A stretch of 64,000 nucleotides of DNA from Eledone cirrhosa (Eukaryota). Positions 39,720-53,446 of this stretch are shown here, piece after piece (positions within the stretch are counted from its first letter, which is position 1; each line of letters begins with the position of its first letter). Below the pieces are notes generated by a model. The model was not told the DNA's origin and did no database searches. It saw nothing but the letters and a program-made list of their open reading frames with translations. The stretch spans positions 45,012,001-45,076,000 of the forward strand of contig OZ024746.1 in the NCBI GenBank assembly GCA_964016885.1, in the 5' to 3' direction. A program made the translations under genes and the position numbers.

Positions 39720-42700
39720 GTCAGTGTGGTTTGTTTGGGTGTTGTTGTTATTCCATTCATTCCTTCTGTTTAGCCTTGGCCTTCTAAGTTCTATTTCACT
39801 GGCCTCTCTGATTTGCCTATCTGCTGGGTCATTTCTATGTTTAGATATTATTCTAATTTCTATGTTGTCTATGTTACCGTCGTGTTGTTGTATGACATGT
39901 TCGTATAGTACTGACCCGTTTTTTCGTCCTTTTAGTTCCCCCCCCAGTGTTGGTCTATCATTTCAAATATGCTACGAGCTGTCTCGCCTATGTATGTTGT
40001 TGTCATGTTTCTGCAAGTACCCTCTGTACATCTTATGCTATAGACTACGTTTCTAGTTTTACAGTTTATCCGGGGGTTTACCTTACATATGATACATGTC
40101 CTATTAGTACAGTGGGTTTTCTTAAAAGGGTAGGTTTTGCTGCTCAGGGATTTTATGGTGGTTCCTGGCTTTTCTACCACCTTAATCTTTAAGTGGGTCT
40201 TTCTCAGGGCCTTTCTACACTGGTTAGCTAATTTCCCTCCAGGGTTAGCGTCCACAAACATGACACTCTGGTATCTCTGGTTGTCGTACCATGAGGTGGC
40301 TTTCCCTAACTTATGTCTAGCCCTATCTAAGCTATTCCATGATTTTCTCCTGTATAATGGGAAAATTAATTTCATGTCCAGTTCTATGAGGGTCTTATAC
40401 TTCTCCATGGCTCCTTCGTATACTCTGACTCTGTCTCTTTGGTTGTAGCCGGAGAACTGCATGCAGTTGATGAAGTGTTGGATGTGTCTTTCCATTTCTG
40501 TTGGGTCGCACATGCGGGACACATTCGACATCACTCGTACCAAATCTGCGATCAGAATATTAAACTTAGCACTACTGGACATTGCTGAGTTTTTGAGTAT
40601 CAGGTATTTGGAGGCCATGGATTTAGCATAGTGTGAGTGGAGAATTTGGGCTCTCTCGTCTATAGTGTTAATCCAGAGTGCCGTGTCTAATACAGGTAGT
40701 CTATTGTTAGGGTGTTTGGAAGGGTAGTCGATAATTACAGTTATACTCTCGTGTATGGAATTAGCTATCTGCTGGATGCTTTTCAATGTGCTACGTTCTA
40801 AATCAAACTTGTTAGTGCTCTCTAGTTGGGATGTTCGTATAACTATATTGATATCGTCTACGTAACGAGAGTACATGATGAGGTCTATGGAGCTCTCATT
40901 AAAGAGATCTTTAAGTCTCCTTTCCCACCATACCATAAAAAGGTTGGCAACATCACCAGCTATGCTGACGCCAATGGCTGCTCCCTCATTTTGGGTGTAG
41001 ATCTTCTCGTTGAACTTGAATATGTGGCCCTTTAGGGTAGTTTTGATACTAGCATCTATTGCATGTGCGACCTTTTTGCTTACCTGATCATTGTTTTGGG
41101 GGGTCCTTATAGCTTAGTCCACCCAATCCACCTTCCCATGGAAGTCTTTTTAGCCATTGAGGTTATGGTGGGGAGTCTACCTCTTATGGGTCTACTAGGG
41201 CAGAAACGTCTAAGGTCGTGGCTGTCTAGGTAGTCAGTGTCGTAGGTAAGTCTAAGTAGGAGGCCCAGTTCGTCTGTCTCGACGTCGCAGAACTCCACCT
41301 CACTCTCAATGATCATCTCCACACATTTTTCCACAGCAAAATCAATGTTAATGGATGGGTAGAGTGATACCACATCCATGCTGCCTATTATGCAGTTGGA
41401 TAGGTTCCTGTTTTTGTTGCACTCACTGATTCTGCTGAGGAGGTCCTCTGTACTGTCACATACATCTGGGGACATCTTGATTATGGGGCGTATAACCATT
41501 GAGAGGAAGGAGGAGATCCTGTAGTTGCTAGCTATATTTGCTCCGCATACGGGTCTTGTTGGTGGTCCTGTTGTCGGGTCGTCGACTGTCTTGTGGTCTT
41601 TGCGGAGCCCATACAAGGGTGGTATGCCATTGTTAGACGCCTGAAAGTTGTTGGCAGTGCGTCTGCTTGGCTTTAGGATGTCGGTCCACATCATCATGTG
41701 AGCGTTGAGGATTTTCTCTCTCCCATCATGTGTTTGCTGTGCAATTTCGCTCGTGTTGGTGATGTGGGGTTGCATAGCCTTGATGTAGTTCGGCATGCTA
41801 TCTATTGAAATCCTACCAGACTTATCCGTGGGTAGACATACTACCTCACCATCCCTTGTGCGCTGCTTGAAGCTAACCAAGCCTTCTACAGGTTTCCTCC
41901 CAAGTTGTTGGGCCTCTGGTCTGCTCTGTCTCTTAGTATACCGGTCTACTATTTGTCTAATCTTATTTCTAGCTATGGTGAACTGTGCCTCTGTCTCGTC
42001 ATCTATTTGTTGTGGTATGCAAACTCTTTTATTAAAGGTTAACCTCGTAGGATAGATATTACCCATCTTATATGTTTTGTCAGCTGGGTTGAAAAATAGT
42101 TTCTCTAAGGGGTTGTCATTATATCTATCGTCATAGTTGTGTGTGTTGCTATTATTGTTATTATGGTGGTTGTTGTTGTTCCTATCATTAGCATTATTAT
42201 TATTGTTATGATTGCTAGATGTATTGTTGCTGTGATTGTTAGATGTTTTGTTGTTATGATTGCTAGGTGTGTTGTTGCTGTGATTGTTAGATGTATTGTT
42301 GTTATGATTGCTAGATGTATTGTTGCTGTGATTGTTGTTTACTTCACCGTTATTGTTGTTGTTACTGTTATTTCTACCATTGTGGTTGTTACTTTTATTA
42401 TGTTCCTTGTTTTTGTTGTGTCTATCATTAATATTGCTACATGTATCATTTCCATTATTACCACTGTGGTTGTTATTGTTGTTCCTATTGTTACCGTTAT
42501 TACTAGTGTGGTCGCTCCTGCTGTGTCTGTAGTTAATCTTTCTATTATTATTATTATTGTGGTTGTTGTTGTTGTTCTGTCTATCGTTAGTATTATTACC
42601 ATTATTACTATTTCTCACTCTCCTGCTATTGTTATTGTTATGGCTATTACTATTATAGCTGTTATTTCTATACTCAGAGTTATTGTTTATATTACTACTA

Positions 42701-43462
42701 CCGTTATTATTGTTGTTGTTGTTTACTTTTGCATTCCAACGTATTTTTGTGAAACACTTTTCCAGCTCCGTTTTGCACTCACTAGGGTTAATCTTTTTGT
42801 AGATGGCAAATGTTGGTGGTAGCTGCAGGATTTGTTGTTCTTGTTCACTGATTAAAGTGTTCCCATAAATATTTACTGTGTGGTCATTGGTAAATTCTTC
42901 CAGTAGTTTTACATCAGTCATACGGATATTGTTGATGTTATCTGGGTATTTTTGAGAATATTCTATTTTCCTTTCTTGTAGTTTTTTTTATTCATCCATT
43001 CTAATTTCTTATTGAAATGCCTATTGCATTCGTTTCGGGCGTATTTCGTTTCACGTCGGATGACGCTCATGAAGTCATCCCTTTCATTTGGTGTGGTGAG
43101 ATTTTGGACTTCCTTACCATTAATGCGTTTCTGTCTGTAAAGTTCGTTGACTTTTGTGTATGTTGTTCTTTTCATATTAACTGTTATTGTTTTTTTAGTC
43201 GTTCAGCTTGTGTTTTGTTCAATAATAAATTATTTACTTGTTTTGATATGTTTGTTGTGTATATTTTGGAGGAAACACAGTGTTTTAAGAAGCGGATTTG
43301 TTCTGTTGTTATTGTAGTTTTTATATAACAGAAAACAGTGTATTTCGATAACCTTTCAGCTTGGCACAAGCTAATGCCATAACGGCGATGAATTAGTTTT
43401 GCGAGGTTTTTGATATGAAATCGTGTGTCGAAACAAATATTGTTATACTTGGGGAGGGTCAT
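39720..43462 (-). pseudogene. Penelope RT plus GIY-YIG polyprotein, disrupted by several frameshifts/stops
   Basis: PTDKSG, PPLYGLRKDHK, PTRPVC, SMDVVSLYPSI, YSRYVDD, NVVYSIRC...YIGETARS across ORFs 43184-43462, 42963-43175, 41107-42921 and 39932-40936. Confidence 0.92.
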
Positions 43463-44055
43463 ATTTGTGTATATTGCCAGAATTAATAACAGAACACACT
43501 CACTGTTTGGTTGGTTTTCGCTTTTCGCTTCTGTGTCTTTTATATCGGTAATCTAATTTATTCGCTCCTCAATGTTGCCATTGACTGACCAACGGTCAAA
43601 AATAATACAGATACAATATAGACACAAACACATATATATAGTTTATCATAAATCTTTCATTGCACATCTGCAACATCGTCAGTGGTGCTATTGTTTCCTC
43701 CCGTTACATTGTATTTTCTACGCCATCTTTATTTAGTCTGTTTATATATTTATTTATTTGTTTGTTTATTTTATTTTGTCTTCTTTGCGCATGCGTTTGC
43801 GTGTGTGTATAGTGTTTTGTTTGATGTGTGTTCGTGATCGGGTGGCTGTGTATTGGTAAATGTATTCTATCTTTACTAGTGTGTGTTTATATGTGTTTGT
43901 TGTTATTGTGCTTGTGTATGTATTTATTTATTTATTTATCTATTTATTTATTTATTTATACTTCACAGAAGCGAAAAGCGAAAACCAACCAAACAGTGAG
44001 TGTGTTCTGCTATTAATTCTGGCAATATTACACAAATATGACCCTCCCCAAGTAT

Positions 44056-44115
<60 letters not shown>

Positions 44116-46567
44116 TTATTATTAGCTGCAGCTTTTTTATATATCGATGTAATTGGTATATATCGACAACACAGACATCGTTTCTAGTTTTGGGTAATTT
44201 ATCTATATCCCTGGTCATGCCTAGAGGGGTAATGTTTAACCTCATTATAAAATGTCTCCTTGTTACCTATATACAATATGTTATAGATTGTATAAATAAT
44301 CTTTTTCTATTTTTTATATTTGTGGTATAGTTTACCCTTTACATTTTAAGTGAATTTATTTTCGCATTATTTTATAATACAAGTAGATTAAACACTGTCT
44401 CATTTCTTGATTATACTCATCAATTTTAGAAAATCTGAATGCTTCACTATTCCGTCATCGTCACTGTATTTACTCCCTAGTGTTCCATTATAAGTCAAAA
44501 CCATCAAGCAGAAAATAGCATACAAAAGCTTCAGATAAATCTATTGAAACTTGCAGAGTATCATTTACACTTCGTGTTTGAAAGATCTCTCCTGCCATAA
44601 AATTGATACTGGTTCAAATTTGAATGTTTCAAGTTTGAATGTATTCTGTTTCATATTAGACAGTGATAGAAATTTAACTAAAGATGGGGGAATGTTCGGA
44701 ATCCGACAAAATAGTTGTGAGTCTTTGTTGGAGTTTACAATTTAACGGAAAGTTCATAGAACGTCGAGAGGTCTAAGTGTCGTGATATTACATGAACTTT
44801 ACTAACTCGAAATATGCTACGTGTGTTTATATTTAAATGCAAAAGATGTGTACAATATCATTCATAGCTATAAAAAATAGACATACATGTGTTATCTATT
44901 GAGGAAAATGAGATGATCTTAAGAGTTGTTAAGGAAGTAAATTCCTTAGCAAATGTGAAATGATGTATCTGAAGAATTAAGCAGATACATGTAAACAAGA
45001 ACAATTCTATTTTATACCTCACCTTTGACAGGATCATATCTACACGCACACACACACATACGTGCTCATACACAGATAGACAGACACACACACAAACACA
45101 CACATATATGAGGAGCATTTCTTTCAGTAAACGGGGATTTACATGCATCTACAACTATGAATTACTACCTCTTTTGTATTTTTCCTAGTCATGGGTACAC
45201 ATGCAATGTGGAGTATAGACCGCAGAAGCAGTAATATTTCTTGGGTGTCCCGTGTGATTGCAGTCCCCTTGTTACGGATGCTAGTGTCTAGATTGTAGAG
45301 TCTTGTATTATTAATGAGGTATACGTTAACTGAAAATCTCATAAGCAAGTCGTACTGCATATATACATGTAAATATAATTTACAACAATACTCTTAAACA
45401 GAATAGACTATCTGATTGAAAAATGCTTGGTAACATGCCTATGGATATACTGTGTCATTCATTGTTAAGGCAGTTATTTAGAATCCGAACCGAATACTCT
45501 CTATTAAATATAAATTGAGTGCTCAACTCAACATTGCCTAACTTCGAAAACGTATAGTGTGTTTTAGCTCTGTAGCACTATTCATACATTAAAATTGTAC
45601 ATTAAAATTATATCGATAATACAATACTGTGTAAAATGCCGAAACACAAAACGCTGTTTCTTTAGTAGTATTGTGTGTTGTTTGCACATTGACTATTTTT
45701 CCAGGAGAGATCAGAGGAAAATGTTTATATGTTACTTTGGAACAGGTATTCAAGAATTATTATTGATGATAGAATGATTTAATATTAAAGCTGGTTACTG
45801 GCTTGAACCAAAGAACTAAATATTTTGCTTTAATCTTTCTGTTGAATTTTGTCGTTGAATGTCTTTCTTTGAGAATCGTAGTCATATTGTGTTATTCTAA
45901 ATAGCATTGACGTGCTGCGTGACATTGGATTCTCTATTTCCTATCTCTCCAGAATAGAACTGTCAGCAAGTCAAATAAGCTGATAATTATACTATTGTAA
46001 AACTAGTTTAGATATGAATACTGTATGGCAGTTACAAAATATTAAATCATAACAACATTTCATGAAACTTTGACAGAATATAAGCACATATATTATATTA
46101 TTTTTAATAATGTGCTTCATATCGTGTATATTCCCTGATATTGACTATTCCTTGTTCTTAATGTTTTTTTGTTTGCAAGTTCAATCGTGGTGACCGTATT
46201 TCCTCAGACACTGAGTTCAAATACGACCCAGTTAAACTTTGATTTCGACCCTTCTTATATCAATTATATTAAGTATTAGTCACATACAGGTGTAACTATA
46301 TGTGTGTGTCCCACCGAATTCGAAACTTGATTCAATATTTGAAAGTATTATGTGGCCGTTTATATCTGAAATTATTTTCAAAATATATATTGCCTACCTT
46401 CTAACATACATTTCTTTATTATTGTGGGGGGTTTGTTTGTTGATAAATATAACTACATTGATATCTAAAGAGTTTGTGTTACCATGTGTTAGCAAGGTAA
46501 CTCATACGTCGGTAATAATATTAAGTTTAACATAAATTCTCTAATTTTGTTAATTCTCCCAAAACAG

Positions 46568-46717
46568 GCGAATGTTCGAATTATAGGGCAAATTTAACCA
46601 ATCCAATACTGTATGAAGTGAATGTAAATGGGATCTGGATGACAAGACGGTGTGCATTGGGTTCAGAGTTCAACCAATCACATTGTTCGTGTTCATCATT
46701 TACGAAAAGAAAAACTG
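46568..46717 (+). CDS. Pif/BMSP-like protein exon: 4-Cys chitin-binding-like (CBM14-related) module
   Basis: aaacag|...|gtaagt, 150 nt, phase 1-1; ECSNYRANLTNPILYEVNVNGIWMTRRCALGSEFNQSHCSCSSFTKRKT. Absent from the ORF track. Confidence 0.88.
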
Positions 46718-46794
46718 GTAAGTTCCTCAATCATTAACATCCTATATAAGAAAGCAGGATTTCAAAGTACTGTAATAGCATTAAGTATAGTAAG

Positions 46795-46834
<40 letters not shown>

Positions 46835-48409
46835 GATTTCTGATTTAGGCACAAGGCCGCTTACACATATAATGAGATGAAGTAATATATCGTTGTTATT
46901 ATAGAGTAATTCCTGCACATTAATGATGATAATGAAATGTTTTCAGTAAATAGGCAACTTTAACTTGATGTTGTATACGCTTTACGAAATGACATGTGAC
47001 TGAGATTTATTTAATCACACCCATTATCTTATTCTATAACTTCAATAAGCGTACAAAAGCTTTACCCCCCCCCCCTCCCACCACCATTCGTACGGGTCTA
47101 TAAAACAAAGTTCCGGTAACTCACTGTCATCGAATTAATCTCTGTTTCCTTCCCAAAATATGTTTGAACTTCTATCTAAATCATAAATCATTATTTAGAA
47201 TGAAACATGTTTGCAAAAATATTTATTTTTCAACGCTTTGTTTCATACTAGGATAAATGTAAGTTTCTATGACCTATTTTAATACACATACCGTTGTAAA
47301 ATAAGTGTGCGTTCTCTCCATACATTCCAATAAAAAAAATATTTCGTCTTTACAAATCTCTGTTGAGATTCAAATCTAAGTTTTGTTATAATACGTCTTT
47401 AATGTTGCAAAACGCAACTAATATCACAACATTCCCTCCTTTGAAACTTTTATTATCGTATCTATACAATTCTTGCCTCATTTTCATTATTACTAAGATA
47501 CTAATTCATAGGGGACATATGAACGATTAAATACGCCAACGATAATCTACGATGCGGTTGACACATACCATTCACTACTCATTCTTTTTCTATTCCAAAA
47601 TAACATATAAATAGGTTTGTCATGAGGACATTAGAGAGAAGTTGCATCATTTGATAATAGAAACTTGATTTAAGAGTTGGATAGCCAGAAGCTAACATCG
47701 TATTCGACTGTGTGTTCCACAAATTAAAAAATTATTATTTTCTATAGAATACAAAAGCCATATATAGGTGGGAACCTGGGATATTTACGATTTCATAAAA
47801 ATCCTTATATGCGTCAGCAAATTAATTCACGTGTCTTAAATATGTCTATAATACGTTCACCACAATTCCTTGTTAAATTATCAATTTTATATTATCGGCA
47901 GCTGAAAATTCGAAAATTATATCCATGTATTTTATATGTAATTGAATGCAACAAAATATAATAAATTTCGTGTATTGATGTCAGACGTTGCTTTTGATAA
48001 TATAGCAATGCTCTTATTATATACCAAAAGCCAATACTTACAACAATTTATTGATGGCAATACAGAGCCAGTGTGGGGAATATGCTTTTCCTAGAAATTT
48101 CTAAAAAATTCTCTATATTAAATAGATGTGTTGTGTGTAAAAGTTCATGGAATTTAATAGTAGATACAGTATATATTCCTTATAGAAAATATCACTTCAA
48201 TGTGTATTTAATTTCCGAAACATTTAACGCACACAATATGTGTATGATTAACTTGATATCCTGTAAATACATTACAGAATCCATCTTTCTATGACAGTCG
48301 TATTCCACATCCGAGGAATGAAAAAGTGATGACACTCAAAGATTTATGTGATGATGATCTTAGTATTTGTATTACAATAACTATTCAGCTAATAGTAAAT
48401 ATATTTGTA

Positions 48410-48638
48410 ATATAGATACATACGTACACACGTACATACGTACATACGTACATACGTACATACGTACATACGTACATACGTACATACGTACATACGTACA
48501 TACGTACATACATAAACATGCATAGTTATAAAGAAACATACACACATACATGCATACATACATACATTCATACATACGTACATACATACATACATACATA
48601 CATACATACATACATACATACATACATACATACATACA
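48410..48638. repeat. (TACG/TACA)n and (CATA)n microsatellite
   Basis: Direct reading. Confidence 0.9.
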
Positions 48639-49110
48639 TGGTGGCTGCCAACTCGTTTTCGAGTACGGCCACTACTTTATATCGATGTAGGAGAACCCCT
48701 ACCAATGCGCTGAACGAGTGTGACTTTTTAGTCCAGCCAGCGACTTGAAATCTCTGGTACAAACACTACACTTGTGACAATTATTGACACATAGTGCTGG
48801 GCCCATGGTACCATGTGACGACAAGTGCAGAGAGATCTCCAGATATAAAGCAATGCCTGTGCCGTGAAGCTTTTATAGTGAGCAAAGGCACTGCACAAAG
48901 CCAGTCCCACTCTTAACCAAGATGATATTTACCAAAAAGAAGAACAAGTCAACATCATTGGATACCATCAGAGTTGCAGGTGTTATATCAGAGTTTTCCT
49001 TCTCCTAGAATTCTGCCTTGACAAAGGCTAAGGGGTCATCTCTCCCAGTGATTTTGGGTGGCCATTGACTCTTTGGGTGGCCAGAGCTCCTTTGCCCTTT
49101 GAAAGGTTTT
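48638..49110 (-). mobile_element. RTE-like LINE 3' end with C2H2 finger
   Basis: Minus strand reads [24 protein letters not shown], then a short UTR and a (TATG)n tail. Confidence 0.65.
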
Positions 49111-49159
49111 GTTTTTAGTCCTGCAGGATACATACATATATATATACATACATATATAT

Positions 49160-49190
<31 letters not shown>

Positions 49191-49347
49191 CATACATACA
49201 TATATACATACATATATATATACATACATATATATATATACATACATACATATATACATACATATATATATACATACATACATATATACATACATATACA
49301 TATATACATATATATATACATACATATATATATACATACATACATAC

Positions 49348-50335
49348 ATGATGGCTGTTCGCTCATTATCGAGTATGGCCATTGCAAGAGAAAAAGAATA
49401 TATATATATATATATATTAATAACAATAATAATAATAATAACAATAATAATAACGACAACGACAACAATAATAATATACATATATATACACACACACGCA
49501 CACACATAAACATATCTATACACACACACGATAGCAATTAACAGCGCTGCGATCGAATGTGGCTTTTTAGCCCAGCCAATGATCTAAAATGTCTTGCACA
49601 GAGTCGGCAACCAAAAGATTCACTAAGAATAGCCGGCTGTGGTAGGAGTTCATGTCCTTTTGCATGTCGTTTGAGCCCTCCTGCTGATTTACATTCTCTA
49701 CCACATGCTTGGCAAGCATGATGAGTAGCATCTCCAACAGTAGCCTGGTAGTCAACTACTGATCTTACTTTATGACTGCGAAGATGACTTTCGAGTCCAG
49801 CTTTGCTTAGGCAGAGTCTCGCACAGACGCTGCATGTCAGCACCATAGGAGGACCCTCGCCGTCTGGAAGTGCAACAGCAATGCCCTTCCTCACGTCCCG
49901 CTTTACTTTCTCGTATGCGATTCGAGATGCTTCAAAGGCAACTTTTCCCTCAGATACAGTCTTTCTCCATTTATTACGATCAGCAGCAATATTTTCTCAT
50001 GTATCAGCAGAGATGTTAGCGTCTTTCAAAGAGGGTTTCAAGGAATCCTTATACCTCTTTTTTGGTTTATGTAGCAGGCGTTTTCCTTTAACTAACTCTC
50101 CATAAAAGAGTTGTTTTGGTGTTCTAGAATCCTTCATCCTGGCAAGGTGACCACTACAACGGAGTGGTTGCTTAAGCACAAGAGCTGTCACACATAGAGC
50201 TTTCCAAAATCTCGACATCACTGATGTGGTCCCTCCAGTGAACGCCATGGATCCGTCTGAGACACATCTGATGGAAACGTTCCAATTGCTTAAGGTGGTG
50301 TCGATATGTGACTCATGTCTCGCAGGCATAAAGAA
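49348..50335 (-). mobile_element. RTE-clade LINE 3' portion with three C2H2-like fingers
   Basis: 'LRCSGHLARMKDSRTPKQLFYGEL..GKR...PKKRYKDSLK' followed by ORF 49538-49894 with three CxxC...GL..H motifs; the 3' tip (49348-49390) lies before a (TATG)n tail. Confidence 0.85.
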
Positions 50336-50452
50336 GAGAAGAGAGCACACGTACAAACATACACATGCATAGTTATAAACAAACATACACACATACATGC
50401 ATACATACATACATTCATACATACATACGCACATACATACATACATAAATGT

Positions 50453-53146
50453 ATGGGCAAAATAATAAGTGTCACTGAGGCCCCATCCCAGAAAGACATA
50501 TTCCTTTTGGAGAAAAATATGGGGTGAAAAGAAGAATTTCAACCAAGATGCAGTGTGGCTAAGAGAAATCCGAAAGAACTATTGCTCCTACACTACAACA
50601 AAAACATACGAAATAAGTGAGGGTACCCTTCAGACTGTGTTAGGAAAACTCCAAGATAAGAAAACACCAGGAAGAGACATGATTGTCGGCTACTGGTACA
50701 AAAAACTAATATTCTATCGGAGGTATCTTACTGATCTCTACCAACAATTCTTAAGGGAGATACACTTATACCAGAATGGTTGACATTAGCACAAACGTTA
50801 CTGGTCCGCAAGAACAAAGACATCACTTGGCAAAAAACTACCGACCCATTGCATGCCAGAACCTGATGTATAAGATGTATACAGCCTGCCTGAACCTATT
50901 CCTCCAAGATCAGGGTGAAAATAATAACATCATCACAGATGAACAAGCAGCTGGAAAGAAAATGGTTTGGGGATGTGCTGAACAACTCTTAATCAACAAA
51001 ACTGCGATGTCGGAGGTGCGACAACTTAGGAGGAATATGACTACAGTCTGACTGGACTACAAGAAAGCTTTGGATTCTGTTCCCCACTCTTGGATGATAG
51101 AGGCCCTCCAACTTGCTAAAGTCCCAGACATTATTTTTAGAGCCATAGAGAGGTTGTCTTCTTCTTGGGCTACTATCCTAAGGTTAAAGACAGAGGGAGG
51201 ACTCTATTTTCACTGATAAAATAAAATATTGCAGGGGTATATTTCAGGGGGACAGTCTCTCTGTGATATTGTTCACTTTGTCATTAAACCCCTTGTCCTT
51301 TCTGCTCAAGAAATGTGAGGGATGCATCATTGGCTCACAGGAGGACAGAAATACGAACCTAAACCATAACTTCTTTGTGGACGATCTGAAACTCTATGCC
51401 AAGAACATGGATGGGATGAAGAAAAATCTTGACCTGGTTACAACGTTCTCAAAGGATATAGGAATGGAGTTTGGCCAAGATAAATGCTCATACATGACGG
51501 TAAAGCGGGGAAAAACAACAACCCAATCTAGCAACATTGTCATCAATGGCCTAACTGTTTCACCGATATCTGATGAGGACTGCTACACATACCTGGGGAT
51601 AGATGAGAACATATCCTATAATGGTATCTGTAATAAAGAACGCGTAACCAGGGAATACTACACCCGATTAAGAAAGATCTGGTCATCGAAACTCTCTGAG
51701 CAAAACAAAACAGTGGCTCACAATATGTTTGCTGTGCCTGCCCTAACACCAACGTTTGGAATACTCAATTGGACGATAGACGAAATCCGAGCAGTTGATG
51801 TTGGAACTCGAAAAATACTGAACAACACCGGAAACGTCCACATCAACAGTGACATAGACCGCCTTTACTTGAAAACTAAGCAGGGAGGCAGAGGCCTAAT
51901 ATCAGTCCAGACAACATTTGAATGTCGCATCAAATCTCTCCGAGATCATCTACGAACCTCGAAGCGTAGGAGCTCGCTTCTCGTGCAAGTATATCTGCAT
52001 AAAACAGATAAGATCATGAGAGTTGGGAAGGAACTCCTTGAGAGATATTCCCTGTGTGATAATCAAAAACTCACACCCAGGGATGTCGCTCAGCAGTATC
52101 GCAGTGAATCCATGGATAAAAAACTGCATGCCTATCCGCAAAAAATCATGCATGGATATGTTGCCAGGAAGCTCCAGAGTGAGAGTAATGTAGATAAGGA
52201 AAGTAGTCTATCTTGGACCAACAACCGCTATATTGGCACCCACTTTGAAGGATACGCTTTTGCAATCCAAGAACAGGAGATTAGCACGAAATACCTGATT
52301 CACAAAAGAGATAGGGATGCAGGCAAAACACCTCGATGTGATAACAAGTGCAGACTCTGCAGAACTAACATCGAGGATATCACCCATGTCATCAGCAGCT
52401 GCCCAAAGATGTCATCACGGTACTAACTACCTATGAGGCATGATGTAGTGGCCGAAACACTGTACAATGCAGTTCGTAAAAAAGATAGCCCCGATAATAA
52501 ACACATTAAAAGCTACAACAATGTGGAAGACATCCATGTACATAATATGAAAGAGTACTGGTGAAATATTCCAGTAAAAACCCCAATAAAATGCAGGAAT
52601 AACAGACCAGATATTATGATATGGGACAGGGAGAAGAAAACATGCACAGTAGTGGAAATTAGCTGCCCAGCAGATGCCAATATAATATCAAAGATTAGTG
52701 AAAAGGAGAATATTTATGCAGAACTGATGAGAAATCTGCAGATACTCCACCCTGATTACACCTTCAGATTTATGCCTGTGATTATTCGGGCACTGGGATA
52801 TGTTAGTAACTGCCTCAATACAAATCTTGAGAAGCTAGGCTTCACAGGAACAGAAAGAACACAACTAGTTAGGAAACTACAAGTACAATCCATTAATGGA
52901 ACAGTAAAAATATGTAAAACATTCCAAAAATGTTGCATCTAATAACTGCATATACACATGTACAGATACAAAGCATATACACATGCACACATACAATAAC
53001 ATACATATCTACACATGCATGCATGCATACATACATATCTACCTAGTTGATGTTGTGTCAATTCCAATGAGAGAGTCTTGTGTCTATGTTAGAAACCGAC
53101 TCTCTCTCTATTGGTAAAACTTTGTGAAATTATAAAACCATAAGAA
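50453..53146 (+). mobile_element. 5'-truncated RLE non-LTR retrotransposon (R4/Dong-like), decayed
   Basis: KTPGRD, NYRPIAC, DYKKA.DS, GIFQGDSLS, FVDDLKLY, GGRGL, the CCHC knuckle CRLC...HVISSC, RHD, and RLE RPDI...VVEISCP; has stops and frameshifts; flanked by (CATA)n. Confidence 0.9.
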
Positions 53147-53446
53147 CATACATACATACATACATACATACATACATACATACATACATACATACATGCC
53201 TACGTACTCAGGTATGTACATGTAAATAAAAATGCATCTATTAACATAATAATATACGCGCATATGGCTGTACGCACGAGCGTATATAGGGTCCGTCGTA
53301 TGCTTGTTTCTGCTGTAGTGCACAGCAAATCTAAAAAGTACGGAAAATATATCTTTTATTTTATTCATTTATTCAAAATCAAAGCTACAAGTTGTAAAAA
53401 CTCAGAGTTACCTCTCACCGAACATCGTGTTATATATATATATATA

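Larger units (their letters stand above)
39121..44061 (-). mobile_element. Near full-length Penelope-like retroelement with direct pseudo-LTRs and an inverted terminal piece
   Basis: ~590-bp direct repeats at 39121-39713 and 43380-43964; inverted copy at 43965-44061; (TA)n on both sides; antisense within a host intron. Confidence 0.95.

Noticed and set aside
42139-42822. Hydrophobic V/I-rich + strand ORF resembling a membrane protein
   Set aside because: Antisense reading of the Asn-rich Penelope tract.
45705-45745. Possible extra micro-exon of the Pif-like gene
   Set aside because: Its 41-nt length would shift the frame between the phase-1 flanking exons.
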